A stretch of 64,000 bases of DNA from positions 1,691 through 65,690 of the forward strand of contig JAHJRI010000327.1 of the NCBI GenBank assembly GCA_018830885.1, in the 5' to 3' direction. Position numbers and translations under genes: made by a program. Source of the DNA: a bacterium (GTDB lineage: Bacteria; SAR324; XYD2-FULL-50-16). The notes under the pieces were generated by a model. The model ran no database searches. It was not told the DNA's origin and saw nothing but the letters and a program-made list of their open reading frames with translations. Positions 27,343 to 37,331 of this stretch are shown here, in pieces (positions within the stretch are counted from its first letter, which is position 1; each line of letters starts with the position of its first letter).

Positions 27343-30216
27343 TTATCGGATAATCGCTCGCAGTCTATTGTTTTTTTCGTTAATGATGAACGCTTTTCGG
27401 ACCCGGTCATTTACTTTCAAATAGTAGTTGCCCTCTTTCAACAGCAGGGTTTTGGTTTTGTCTGTATCCGTGAAAAAGGTCAACCAGTTGCCACTGTTTC
27501 GCTTTAACTGAAAGGAGATCCGGTCGCTTTTCTGACCCCATTGCTGAATATTTGACAGGTCGACGGTATAGTAACCGTACATCGCCCCAATGGTATCAGT
27601 GGAATAGGTTTTTAACGTTTTTTCTGTAATCTCTTTCTCACCCGCATCCACAGCTTCAATAACGGCAAAGAGTCTGTCCCGAAAGATTTCCGGTTCGTTC
27701 GTCAGATTTGCTAAAAGGGTGTGATTGAGCCTGGATTTGCCGGCCAGGAGGGTCTGAATTGTCTCCAGGGGGATGTCAATGTTAAGGAGATATTGGGGCA
27801 TTGACAGATTGCTGATCATGGCATTGCAGTCGGTCAGTTCGAGATTGATCCGGTTCTGATCAGAGACAGTGGACTGGTTGAAAATGATATTGAGCCAATT
27901 GTTGAAGAAATCATCCAGTGCTGCCGGGGATATAAAATCATAGAGCTGGGTATTGAAAATAGCCGTTTCACCTATTTTTGAAATCAGAAAAATCATCTGT
28001 AGATCTTTTTTTACAATATAGCTTTTTATCAATCCAAAATAAGCGGCGCGATCCCTGGGATTTTTCTTGATTATCTCATAAGAAACAGTTTCGATCTCCG
28101 CCCCATCGTCACAAATGGAATTTCGTTTCAGAAGATCATTCAGCTTCTTTTGTGATGATTCAAGCGCATGATCGATTACCACTTTTTCCTTCACATCAAA
28201 AATGCTGTCCTGTTTTTGAGTCTCACTCTCCACGGCAAAATCCTGGTCGGTCACTTTTTTCTCAGGAGCGGCCTCTTTCTCTGGCTCCTCGTCAAATTCA
28301 GAGGGTATGGTTTCTCCTCCAGCTGAAGATGGTGTGGCCGAAAGTGTTCTTTGAGTCCTTTTCGTTCTGAAGATCTTATCTGGCAATCTTAACAGACTGA
28401 TTTCATTTCCGAGTGTCGCAACAGCGACCATAGTACCATTGGGCGTGACTGCAATATCAGTGATTTGCTCCGCTTCTCCGGCCAGTGTTCGGATGAACTG
28501 GCCGGAGTCAACATTCCAGAGACGGATGGTTTTATCCCTGGATCCGGACACAAGGGCTTTTCCATCGGGAGAAAAGCGGATCGCACTGATAACGAAATCA
28601 TGCCCTTGAAGGGTTTTCAGCAGTTTTCCGGTTTTCAGGTCCCAGATAAGGATGTTACGATCATCTGCAGCTGTTGCAACATATTTTTGCGTGGGATCGA
28701 AGGTAATATCTCTCAGACCACGGGAATGTTTGTTCAGGGTAAATAAAAGTCGATGCCCCCGGGTAGACCAGATTTTTGCCGTTTTATCCACCGAGGCACT
28801 GGCATAATGCTGACCATCTGGAGAGAACCGTATCGCTGAAATCTGACCATTGTGCGCGGTTTTTTTATAGCGGATATTTTTCCGATCCAGATCCCAGTAA
28901 ATAATCTCTCTGTCAGCACCTCCGGAAATCAGAAAATTCTCTGTCGGGTGAAAATCAATACAGTTGACTTTCCCTTTGTGTCCTTTCAGTACGGCAACGA
29001 TTTTACCGGAATCGATATCATAAATACTGATATCGGCATCTGCCCCCACCGTCGCAAACTGGCTGCCATCTTTGGAAAAACGGACCTGTTCAAGTTTCGG
29101 GCTGTTGACATCATAACTTTTAACCAGCGATCGGCTGCGGATACTCCATGTTTTTACCGTTTTGTCAGATGATAAAGAGATCAACCGTTTTCCGTCTTTG
29201 GAGACATCCAGGCTGGTAATGGACTTGGTGTGTCCTTTAAAAGATCCAAGCAGTGCGCTGTCTGAAAGCTGCCAGGTTTTGAGATAGCTTTTTTGGAATA
29301 CCCCGAGTATTTTTTTCCCATCTGCGCTGAACATGCAGTTCTGAACAGGCTTGTCCACCAGATTGAGATGGGAAATCTGGTGATTCTGTTTGAATTTCCA
29401 AATCAGAATCGATCCATCCAGGGAACAGCTGATCATATCGTTTCCATTGGGATGAAACGCCAGAGACGTGACGGCCTGTTTATGACCGGAGAGAGACGTG
29501 AGTGGCTGCGAGTTTTTCCAGTCCCAGATGATCACTTTATTGTCATTGCCTGACGAGGCGATATACTGGCCATCTGGTGTAAACCGGACCATCAGAATGC
29601 CAGCGGTGTGCCGTTTGTGACTGCTGACCACTTTGCCCTGAGCAAGATCCCAGACCTGAACAACGTTGGCACCGTTGGACCAGCCGATCATTTTGTTTGA
29701 AGGATGAAAAGCAAGGCTGGTAATTTTCTGACTGGGTTCATTGATTTTGTGCTCTATTTTGTAACGGTCCAGTTTCCAGGTAAAAATGCTGCCATCCTTA
29801 CCGCCGGAAAGGAGCATCTCGCCATCATTACTGATGGCTAGTTCGTGAACCGGGGCTTTGTGGCCATTCAGTGTCCTGATTAAGGTCCCTTTTCTCAGAT
29901 CCCAGATATTGATCTCGTTGTTTTGTCCTCCAGTAAAAAATTCCATCTTGGCCGGATGCATCACTCCGACAGATGCTCTGTGAGCACCTGTTTTGATCGT
30001 CTTTATCAGACGTCCGTTTTCATATCGCCAGATGCGGATCGTGTTCTGTTTATCGATGGCTGCGACAAGTCTGCCATCTGCTGAGATCCGGCCGTCGAGC
30101 ACAGGACCCGGTGATGTATAGTATGTCCTGTAAATAATGTACTCTTCTTTCTTGGCGAAGGCGCTAACACTGAAAACAAAAGAGAGCAGGATCAACAGGC
30201 TTTTTTTCATTGGCAT
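27343..30216 (-). CDS. secreted WD40-repeat protein (about 14 blades) with unknown ~330-aa C-terminal domain
   Basis: Signal peptide MPMKKSLLILLSFVFSVSAFA. 14 recognisable repeat ends (IRIWRY, INIWDL, IFTWKL, VQVWDL, VIIWDW, ILIWKF, LKTWQL, VKTWSI, ISIYDI, IIYWDL, AKIWST, ILIWDL, IRLWNV, ISLLRL), then an acidic linker and a non-repeat C-terminus. Confidence 0.85.
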   Translation of the reverse strand: MPMKKSLLILLSFVFSVSAFAKKEEYIIYRTYYTSPGPVLDGRISADGRLVAAIDKQNTIRIWRYENGRLIKTIKTGAHRASVGVMHPAKMEFFTGGQNNEINIWDLRKGTLIRTLNGHKAPVHELAISNDGEMLLSGGKDGSIFTWKLDRYKIEHKINEPSQKITSLAFHPSNKMIGWSNGANVVQVWDLAQGKVVSSHKRHTAGILMVRFTPDGQYIASSGNDNKVIIWDWKNSQPLTSLSGHKQAVTSLAFHPNGNDMISCSLDGSILIWKFKQNHQISHLNLVDKPVQNCMFSADGKKILGVFQKSYLKTWQLSDSALLGSFKGHTKSITSLDVSKDGKRLISLSSDKTVKTWSIRSRSLVKSYDVNSPKLEQVRFSKDGSQFATVGADADISIYDIDSGKIVAVLKGHKGKVNCIDFHPTENFLISGGADREIIYWDLDRKNIRYKKTAHNGQISAIRFSPDGQHYASASVDKTAKIWSTRGHRLLFTLNKHSRGLRDITFDPTQKYVATAADDRNILIWDLKTGKLLKTLQGHDFVISAIRFSPDGKALVSGSRDKTIRLWNVDSGQFIRTLAGEAEQITDIAVTPNGTMVAVATLGNEISLLRLPDKIFRTKRTQRTLSATPSSAGGETIPSEFDEEPEKEAAPEKKVTDQDFAVESETQKQDSIFDVKEKVVIDHALESSQKKLNDLLKRNSICDDGAEIETVSYEIIKKNPRDRAAYFGLIKSYIVKKDLQMIFLISKIGETAIFNTQLYDFISPAALDDFFNNWLNIIFNQSTVSDQNRINLELTDCNAMISNLSMPQYLLNIDIPLETIQTLLAGKSRLNHTLLANLTNEPEIFRDRLFAVIEAVDAGEKEITEKTLKTYSTDTIGAMYGYYTVDLSNIQQWGQKSDRISFQLKRNSGNWLTFFTDTDKTKTLLLKEGNYYLKVNDRVRKAFIINEKNNRLRAIIR

Positions 30217-30290
30217 TTTTATTATCTGATCTTCAGAAGGTTTTTCCCCTCACTGTGATAAAATGGTTCAAATCCCCCTTTACCCAAAAA

Positions 30291-31289
30291 CTAGCGGCGC
30301 GTTTGATACTTGCTGAAAAGGGCATCCAATTCAGGAACATTGGCGATCATGACAACGCGATCATCGACTTCAAAAATGTAGTTAGGGCCTGGATTGGTGA
30401 TTATCTGGCCTTCTGATTTTTCGATGGCAATGATGATAATATTGTGCTCATCTCGAATTCGACACTGCCGAACGGATTGCCCTATCAGCGGATTATTCGG
30501 TTTTATTTCCAGCTCGTCGATATTCAGGGCAAACTGACCTCTTTGATGCGCAAAATCGAGGATCTTGCTGATGGTCGGTTTGAGAATAATATGGGATATT
30601 TTTTCACTGCCAATCTGGTAGGGATTGACGACTTTATTGGCTCCTGCTCGCAACAGCTTTTTCTTGGTGGCAATCTCTTCAAAACGGGAAATGATAAACA
30701 GGCTGGGGTTCAGGTCTCTTGCGGTCATGGTGATAAAGACATTTTCCGCCTCCGACGTAACGGCTGAGACCAGTCCCTTGGCTGATTTAATCCCTGCCCT
30801 GATCAGGACATCTTCATGACTTGCGTCTCCATAGACAACCAGAAAATCGCTGGTGCGGGCTTCAAGTTCTTCATGGCTCGATTTATCAACAATAACAACA
30901 GGAAGACCCTCCTTATGCAGGTTGAGAGAGACGTCCTGACCGATTCTGCCGTATCCACAAATAATATAATGGTCTTTGATCTTTTTCAGCATCTGTTCCA
31001 TTTTTCGTTCCCTGATGGTAGTACCAAAAAAAGGTTGTAAAAATTGCAGGGAGATATTCCTGATGATATAGGCAAAGCTACCAACTCCTGTAATAATGAG
31101 CAGCATCGTAAATGATTTTCCTGCCAGACTCAACGGATGAGTCTCGCTGAAACCGACTGTTGTCAGAGAAATGACCGTCATATAGAGCGAATCAAAAAGA
31201 GTCCAGCCTTCAATGGTGTGAAAGCCGATGATTCCAACAAAAACGATCAGCAACAACGGCAGAATTGTCTTTATCAGCTGATAAAACAT
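30291..31289 (-). CDS. two-TM pore cation channel with cytoplasmic RCK (TrkA-N/TrkA-C) domain, MthK/Kch-like
   Basis: 332 aa. TM1, pore helix, TTVGFSE filter, TM2, then Rossmann motif HYIICGYGRIGQ and a TrkA-C-like tail. Confidence 0.85.
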   Translation of the reverse strand: MFYQLIKTILPLLLIVFVGIIGFHTIEGWTLFDSLYMTVISLTTVGFSETHPLSLAGKSFTMLLIITGVGSFAYIIRNISLQFLQPFFGTTIRERKMEQMLKKIKDHYIICGYGRIGQDVSLNLHKEGLPVVIVDKSSHEELEARTSDFLVVYGDASHEDVLIRAGIKSAKGLVSAVTSEAENVFITMTARDLNPSLFIISRFEEIATKKKLLRAGANKVVNPYQIGSEKISHIILKPTISKILDFAHQRGQFALNIDELEIKPNNPLIGQSVRQCRIRDEHNIIIIAIEKSEGQIITNPGPNYIFEVDDRVVMIANVPELDALFSKYQTRR

Positions 31290-31608
31290 AAAGAACTGCG
31301 CGGAAATTGGCTGGTTGATTAGTGAGCCGGTTTGTGAATATAATTATTCAGGCAATAATCCTGCTCTGGATGATGGCAGTATCTGATGAAACCATTGACA
31401 ACAGAGTTATTCTAGGTCCGCTTTTTAGAAATAATCGTTACACCTTATTACCATTTTCGTACAGCTTATCTTTGAATATTCTTGTAATATTAAACTGGTA
31501 GGATCTTTCTGATTGGCCGCAAACAACACCCAACCCCAATGATACAAATGTTAAGCGTCTGAAAATATATTGAAATAACAATGCGATGATAACCACTGGT
31601 TACAATTC

Positions 31609-33330
31609 ATGGAAAAACAGAAGAAAGTTGTAGACCTAATCTATATCGAACCGCAAAAGGATGAAGCGGCCATCATCAAAAGCTATAATTTCAGCCTGGA
31701 ATTCTGGAAGAAGAATCTTAAGTTACTTCAGGAACAGTATTTTGAACAGCACTACGATTCCGCTTCCCCGGATGTACTGGAAGTGTTGAGTATGAGAAAT
31801 TTTCTGGGCAAATTTCTTCAGAACAGACTTGACTGGATTATTAACCGTGTTGACGATGATAACCTGAGAAAGAAATACTTGAATGTATTGCCTCCCTTTC
31901 AGCAGAAAGGCGGTATCAAGACCTTGCTGCTCCATTTTTACCAGATGGAGGATTCTGAAAATAAAAAGAGTCTTGTCTATCAGAAGAAAAACGATATTGA
32001 AAAAGAGGTCGCGGTACTATGGGATATTTACAAGCTGGTAAAAACAATTGAATCCATCGATACTATCCGGCGATCACTGAAAAAACAAAAGCCTTTTACA
32101 AGTTCTTTCAGTGTTGAGAAACGCATGCAATGTCTGAATGACCTAAAAGCAGTTTTTCAGCTGTTATTTCAAATGTGTATAAAAAAGGAACATCAGAAAG
32201 CGATTTATGAAGGCATCTCCCGACAAATGGTGAGTTCTCAGGCGATTGTCAAGCGAATGGAAGAGGGTGTCAGCTATATCTACCCCCATGTCATCAATAA
32301 GTTCGATTACCGCAATCATTTCTTCTACGTGTACTATTTTCAAGGAATGAAGGCCAAAATCGGAGGTCAAATCAAAAAATTCAGATATAATTATCTTGAT
32401 TTTGAACTCATCAAGCAGGATTTTCTGATCGACTGGATGAAACAACGGTTGCAGGGAAATGCTCAGAAAATGGAGATCTATCGAAGATATATGATCGGTA
32501 ACAAGACGATTGAACAGATCATCACCGAGGATCCGGATAATGAGATCAAAATTCTTCAACAGCTACCGATCAGTGTTTTTAATGATATTACAGCGGAAGT
32601 CAATGAGGTGGTCTCAGATGACATGAAGACACCGGTGGATTCATTTTCTGAAAATAAAGGAGAGTTTGCTGAAGCAACCAAAAGCTTCAATCAGGCACAG
32701 AAACTGGCTCGGTTTTCTTTGAAGAAGCTCAAGGAACTGGTGATTCATAAAAAAGAGGAATCCGAGGAACAAGTGGTGGACTCCATACCGGAAGAAGAAG
32801 CGCCACCTCCGGAAGAGGAAAAGATTTCGCTGGAGATCATCAAGATCAAAAAGAACCAGATCGATTTTCCCTATTTCCAGAAGGAGACCGCATCTTACAA
32901 ACAGAAACTTACATTGCTACGGATAAAAATGGGCCCAAAATACACTGAATTGACAAAGAAAATGAGCGACTTCTTTGCCAATGTCAGTGAGTCGGCGTAT
33001 ATCCGCAGGCGGACACCAAAACATGAAGTCATATACCCCCACCTGATCAAAGAGACCCGGGGCGACAAGGTGACCCATCATCTGTTGATCCTGGGGGCTG
33101 AAGTGAAGTCAAAACAATTGGGTATGGCATATGGGGCCCGATCCGGGTCAAGTGCCTATGCATTTACCTGTTTTTTTATCTATGGGTGTGATGAGGCGCT
33201 TCCAGACATGGGTGAGGTCGTTGACACGCGTAACGCCAGAGGTATGGAATTTAAGATCTTCGACTTTAAAGAACCCAGTGTTCAGAAGAAGGCATATGAA
33301 TTTTACCAACTGGTCATGAATAAGCAATAA
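31609..33330 (+). CDS. hypothetical protein (573 aa), Lys/Glu-rich, no recognisable domain
   Basis: Long uninterrupted ORF with an ATG start in an AT-rich divergent region. Internal acidic linker EESEEQVVDSIPEEEAPPPEEEK. Confidence 0.6.
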   Translation: MEKQKKVVDLIYIEPQKDEAAIIKSYNFSLEFWKKNLKLLQEQYFEQHYDSASPDVLEVLSMRNFLGKFLQNRLDWIINRVDDDNLRKKYLNVLPPFQQKGGIKTLLLHFYQMEDSENKKSLVYQKKNDIEKEVAVLWDIYKLVKTIESIDTIRRSLKKQKPFTSSFSVEKRMQCLNDLKAVFQLLFQMCIKKEHQKAIYEGISRQMVSSQAIVKRMEEGVSYIYPHVINKFDYRNHFFYVYYFQGMKAKIGGQIKKFRYNYLDFELIKQDFLIDWMKQRLQGNAQKMEIYRRYMIGNKTIEQIITEDPDNEIKILQQLPISVFNDITAEVNEVVSDDMKTPVDSFSENKGEFAEATKSFNQAQKLARFSLKKLKELVIHKKEESEEQVVDSIPEEEAPPPEEEKISLEIIKIKKNQIDFPYFQKETASYKQKLTLLRIKMGPKYTELTKKMSDFFANVSESAYIRRRTPKHEVIYPHLIKETRGDKVTHHLLILGAEVKSKQLGMAYGARSGSSAYAFTCFFIYGCDEALPDMGEVVDTRNARGMEFKIFDFKEPSVQKKAYEFYQLVMNKQ

Positions 33331-33395
33331 AAAGCTGACGAGAATACTGAATTCCTGCCAGCCCCTTTATGGATTTAACCATCAGGAGATTAATT

Positions 33396-35231
33396 GTGGG
33401 AAAATTAAGAAGCAGTATCACAAAAGAGGGTCGAAGAATGGCCGGTGCCCGGGCGCTCTGGAGAGCAAATGGGATGCAGGATGATGATTTCAAAAAACCA
33501 GTGATTGCCATCGTCAATTCCTTCACCCAGTTCGTGCCGGGTCATGTTCACCTTCACAAGATCGGGCAAATGGTCAAGGGGATGGTCGATAAAGCTGGCG
33601 GCTTCGGGGTTGAATTCAACACCATTGCCATTGATGATGGTATTGCAATGGGCCATGAGGGAATGCTCTATTCACTTCCCAGTCGGGACCTGATAGCAGA
33701 TTCCATAGAGTATATGGTAAATGCCCACATGGCTGACGCCATGGTTTGTATCAGTAATTGCGATAAAATCACACCGGGAATGATGATGGCCGCCATGCGG
33801 ATCAATATTCCTGCTGTGTTTGTTTCAGGGGGGCCCATGGAGGCAGGGACCTCGGGCGGGAAAAAAGTGGACTTGATTGATGCCATGATTGCTGCCGGTA
33901 ATGACGACGTCAGTGATCAGGAACTGGCAGAAATAGAAAGGGCCGCGTGTCCGACCTGTGGATCCTGTTCAGGTCTTTTTACGGCAAACAGTATGAACTG
34001 TCTTAATGAAGCACTGGGACTCGCTTTTCCCGGCAACGGAACCCTGGTAGCGACACACCAGAACCGGATCGAGCTTTTTGAAAAAGCGGCCAAAAGAATC
34101 GTGGAGATGGCCGAAAACTACTATTTTAAAGGGGACAAAAAGTTACTGCCTCGCTCGATCTGCAGTAAGAAAGCGTTTGAAAATGCCATGACCCTGGATA
34201 TTGCCATGGGTGGGTCCACGAATACGGTTCTCCATTTGCTGGCAACAGCAGCAGAAGCGGAGGTGGATTTTACCATGGCGGATATCGATCGAATTTCAAG
34301 AAAGATTCCCAATATCTGCAAAGTCGCACCTTCCTCCCATTACCACGTCGAGGATGTGCACAGAGCCGGCGGAATCATGGCCATTCTGGAAGAGTTGATG
34401 GCTGCAAAACTGCTGCATGATGGAACACGAACGGTATCCGGTTTGACACTGAAAAAGCAGGTTCAGGCATACAGCATTAAAAAAGACAAGGCAGGTGGGG
34501 TAAAGCAGTTTTTCCTCTCAGGACCAAGCGGTCAGAAAATCGGAACCGCTTTCGCACAGAACCAGAAAAATGCTTCCCTGGACCTGGACAGGGTCAAAGG
34601 GTGCATTCGTTCTGTAGAAAACGCCTACAGCAAGGAAGGTGGACTGTGTGTTTTGTATGGGAACATCGCTGAAGAGGGATGTATTGTGAAAACAGCGGGT
34701 GTTGATAAAAGTATCTGGAAGTTTGAAGGACCTGCCAGGATCTTTCATTCCCAGGAGGCGGCCTGCGATGGCATACTGAATGATGAAGTCAAAGCAGGCG
34801 ATGTGATCATCATCCGGTATGAAGGGCCAAAAGGGGGGCCGGGAATGCAGGAGATGCTCTATCCGACCTCCTACCTGAAATCGAAAAGACTGGGCAAACT
34901 CTGCGCATTGATCACAGACGGTCGTTTCAGTGGGGGCACATCCGGACTGAGTATTGGTCATGTCTCCCCCGAAGCCGCAGAAGGGGGCAATATCGGACTG
35001 GTGGAGGAAGGCGATATCATCCAGATCGATATCCCTAAAAGAGTTATCCAGGTTAAGCTCAGTCAGACAGTGTTGAAAAAACGGCGCACAAACATGTCTG
35101 CCTTGGGAGATAAGGCATGGCAGCCCATTGGACGCCAGCGGACTGTTTCAAAAGCACTGGAAGCATACAGTCTGGCAGTCACGAGCGCGGCTCGGGGTGC
35201 CATCAGGGATATCAGTCAGCTGAAGCGATAA
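33396..35231 (+). CDS. ilvD: dihydroxy-acid dehydratase
   Basis: The GTG 33396 start follows [29 protein letters not shown] aligns with the E. coli IlvD N-terminus. CDKITPGM and ...TDGRFSGG... motifs. Confidence 0.95.
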   Translation: MGKLRSSITKEGRRMAGARALWRANGMQDDDFKKPVIAIVNSFTQFVPGHVHLHKIGQMVKGMVDKAGGFGVEFNTIAIDDGIAMGHEGMLYSLPSRDLIADSIEYMVNAHMADAMVCISNCDKITPGMMMAAMRINIPAVFVSGGPMEAGTSGGKKVDLIDAMIAAGNDDVSDQELAEIERAACPTCGSCSGLFTANSMNCLNEALGLAFPGNGTLVATHQNRIELFEKAAKRIVEMAENYYFKGDKKLLPRSICSKKAFENAMTLDIAMGGSTNTVLHLLATAAEAEVDFTMADIDRISRKIPNICKVAPSSHYHVEDVHRAGGIMAILEELMAAKLLHDGTRTVSGLTLKKQVQAYSIKKDKAGGVKQFFLSGPSGQKIGTAFAQNQKNASLDLDRVKGCIRSVENAYSKEGGLCVLYGNIAEEGCIVKTAGVDKSIWKFEGPARIFHSQEAACDGILNDEVKAGDVIIIRYEGPKGGPGMQEMLYPTSYLKSKRLGKLCALITDGRFSGGTSGLSIGHVSPEAAEGGNIGLVEEGDIIQIDIPKRVIQVKLSQTVLKKRRTNMSALGDKAWQPIGRQRTVSKALEAYSLAVTSAARGAIRDISQLKR

Positions 35232-35247
35232 ACGGAACCCAAACCCT

Positions 35248-36984
35248 ATGAATACTTACCGAGGAATAGGCGTGTCCGATGGCGTGGCCATCGGCAAAGT
35301 ATTGCGAATCAACTCGGCTTTTGTGCGGTATCCCAGAATCGAACTGGAAGACGAAAAAAGTGTCCCGCTTGAAATCGAACGAATCCGGAAGGCTCAGGCA
35401 GCCGTTGAAGTACAGCTGGACGAGACAATGAAACAGTCCACTTCAATTCTGCCGGAGGAGTTGAGCAGCGTCTTCGCCAGCTACAAACATTTCATCAAGG
35501 ACAAGCGTTTCATTCCCGCCATTGAGGAACGTATCAACAGGGATAAGATCAATGCCGAGTGGGCATTGATCTATGTAATTGCTGACTTGGACAAGCAGTT
35601 CAAACAGATTCAGGATCCTTATATCCGATCCAGGTTTGATGATATCAGACAGCTGGGTGAACGACTGATGAACAATCTGCTCCAGAAACCCTTTTTGGAT
35701 CTGACCCAGTTAAAACACAAGATGATTATTGTCTGTCATGACATTTCACCTGCAGATTCATTTCATCTGGCAAAGGCGAATATTCTCGGAATCATCACCG
35801 AACTGGGCGGGACAACCTCCCACACATCGATTTTAGCCCGGGCCATGAACATCCCGGCTGTTGTCGGGGTGCAGGATGCGACACTGAGACTGTTGGACGA
35901 TGCGCTCATAATCCTTGATGGCAGTTCGGGAGAGGTAATCGACAATCCCAGTGATGATATCATCAATGAAAAGCTCAACAAACTGGAGCGGATCAGTTTT
36001 TATCAAAACCAGCTTCAAAAACTGGCTGAAACAGACTGCGCGCTGTCTGATGGTCGCAAAGTGGATATCGCTGCAAATATAGATTTTCTCAATGAGTTGA
36101 AACAGATTAAGGATCTTAAAATCCCATCTGTCGGGTTAATCCGGACCGAATTTCTGTTTTTTATAGATGAAGCGCTTCCAGACGAAGAAGAGCAGCTGGC
36201 TCTCTATAAGCATATCATCGAGTCGATTGACCACAAACCGGTGACATTCCGGACCTGGGATATCGGCAGCGACAAACCGACGAAAATTATCAGAGAGCTC
36301 TCAGAAGAAGCAAATCCGGCACTCGGATTACGGGCTATTCGTGTTTGTCTTAAATACGTCGACATGCTCAGGGTGCAAATTCGAGCTATTCTGCGGGCTT
36401 CTCAAATTTCCCAGATCAAACTGATGATACCGATGGTAACGCGGATCGACGAGGTATTGAAAACAAAGAAGCTCATAGAGGAAGAGTTACAGAATCTCGC
36501 CATGACAGCTAAAAACCTTCAGATCGGCTGTATGATTGAAACCCCTGCATCTGTATTCATTGTGGATGAGTTGCTGGATCAGCTCGATTTTATCAGTATC
36601 GGGACGAACGATCTGATTCAGTATGCTTTGGCTGTTGATCGCCTGAACGAACATGTGGCTGACATTTTCAATCCATACCATCCCGCCATCCTCGCGATGC
36701 TGGAGAAGGTCGTAACTAGTGCCAATCGTTTGAATAAAGATGTTTCCATCTGTGGCGAACTGGCGGCAGATCCTATTCTTCAGATGTTTCTCATCGGTGT
36801 GGGAAACGTAACTTTCTCCATGAGCCCCAATCATGTCTTGCGGACAAAAAAAATACTGAGAAAGGTCGATACCGCAACCTGCAAGAAAATCGCCTTCAAA
36901 TTTATGAACAAGCACTCCTTTGTTGAAAGCAATCAGTATGTGCAACAACTGAAAGACCTATATCTGGAGGAGATTACCGACTAA
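35248..36984 (+). CDS. ptsI: phosphoenolpyruvate-protein phosphotransferase (PTS Enzyme I)
   Basis: 578 aa. GGTTSHTSILARAMNIPAVVG phosphohistidine site. SIGTNDLIQY PEP-utilizer C-terminal motif. Confidence 0.9.
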   Translation: MNTYRGIGVSDGVAIGKVLRINSAFVRYPRIELEDEKSVPLEIERIRKAQAAVEVQLDETMKQSTSILPEELSSVFASYKHFIKDKRFIPAIEERINRDKINAEWALIYVIADLDKQFKQIQDPYIRSRFDDIRQLGERLMNNLLQKPFLDLTQLKHKMIIVCHDISPADSFHLAKANILGIITELGGTTSHTSILARAMNIPAVVGVQDATLRLLDDALIILDGSSGEVIDNPSDDIINEKLNKLERISFYQNQLQKLAETDCALSDGRKVDIAANIDFLNELKQIKDLKIPSVGLIRTEFLFFIDEALPDEEEQLALYKHIIESIDHKPVTFRTWDIGSDKPTKIIRELSEEANPALGLRAIRVCLKYVDMLRVQIRAILRASQISQIKLMIPMVTRIDEVLKTKKLIEEELQNLAMTAKNLQIGCMIETPASVFIVDELLDQLDFISIGTNDLIQYALAVDRLNEHVADIFNPYHPAILAMLEKVVTSANRLNKDVSICGELAADPILQMFLIGVGNVTFSMSPNHVLRTKKILRKVDTATCKKIAFKFMNKHSFVESNQYVQQLKDLYLEEITD

Positions 36985-37331
36985 TGCAAACCGGATTCCT
37001 GAGGGTCACGAGACGAATTCCCAGTCGCGTAGCGGGTACACTCATTCTGCTGTTGGCCGTTTTTGGGCTTCAAAATCCCGTATTCGGCGTCATCTATAAG
37101 GGAATGGCCAACAATGGAACAGTGAATTTTGTGTGTGAGACCTCCTGCGGACGTGTGCGGGTTAAAAAAATTGAGAAGAATTTATATCGTGTTCTCTCAA
37201 TTGGGTATTCCGGGGATCTGATTGCCGAGTCAGAAAAGGAAGCTGCCCGGAAAGCATGCGGTGAGACCGCCATGGCAGGCTCAAAGCGAGTTTCGCCATC
37301 ACCATCCAGAGGCGGTAGCGGATGTCCTTAA
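36984..37331 (+). CDS. hypothetical exported protein (115 aa)
   Basis: The ATG overlaps the ptsI stop (TAATG). Signal-like AGTLILLLAVFGL. The 3' end overlaps the maf start. Confidence 0.45.
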   Translation: MQTGFLRVTRRIPSRVAGTLILLLAVFGLQNPVFGVIYKGMANNGTVNFVCETSCGRVRVKKIEKNLYRVLSIGYSGDLIAESEKEAARKACGETAMAGSKRVSPSPSRGGSGCP

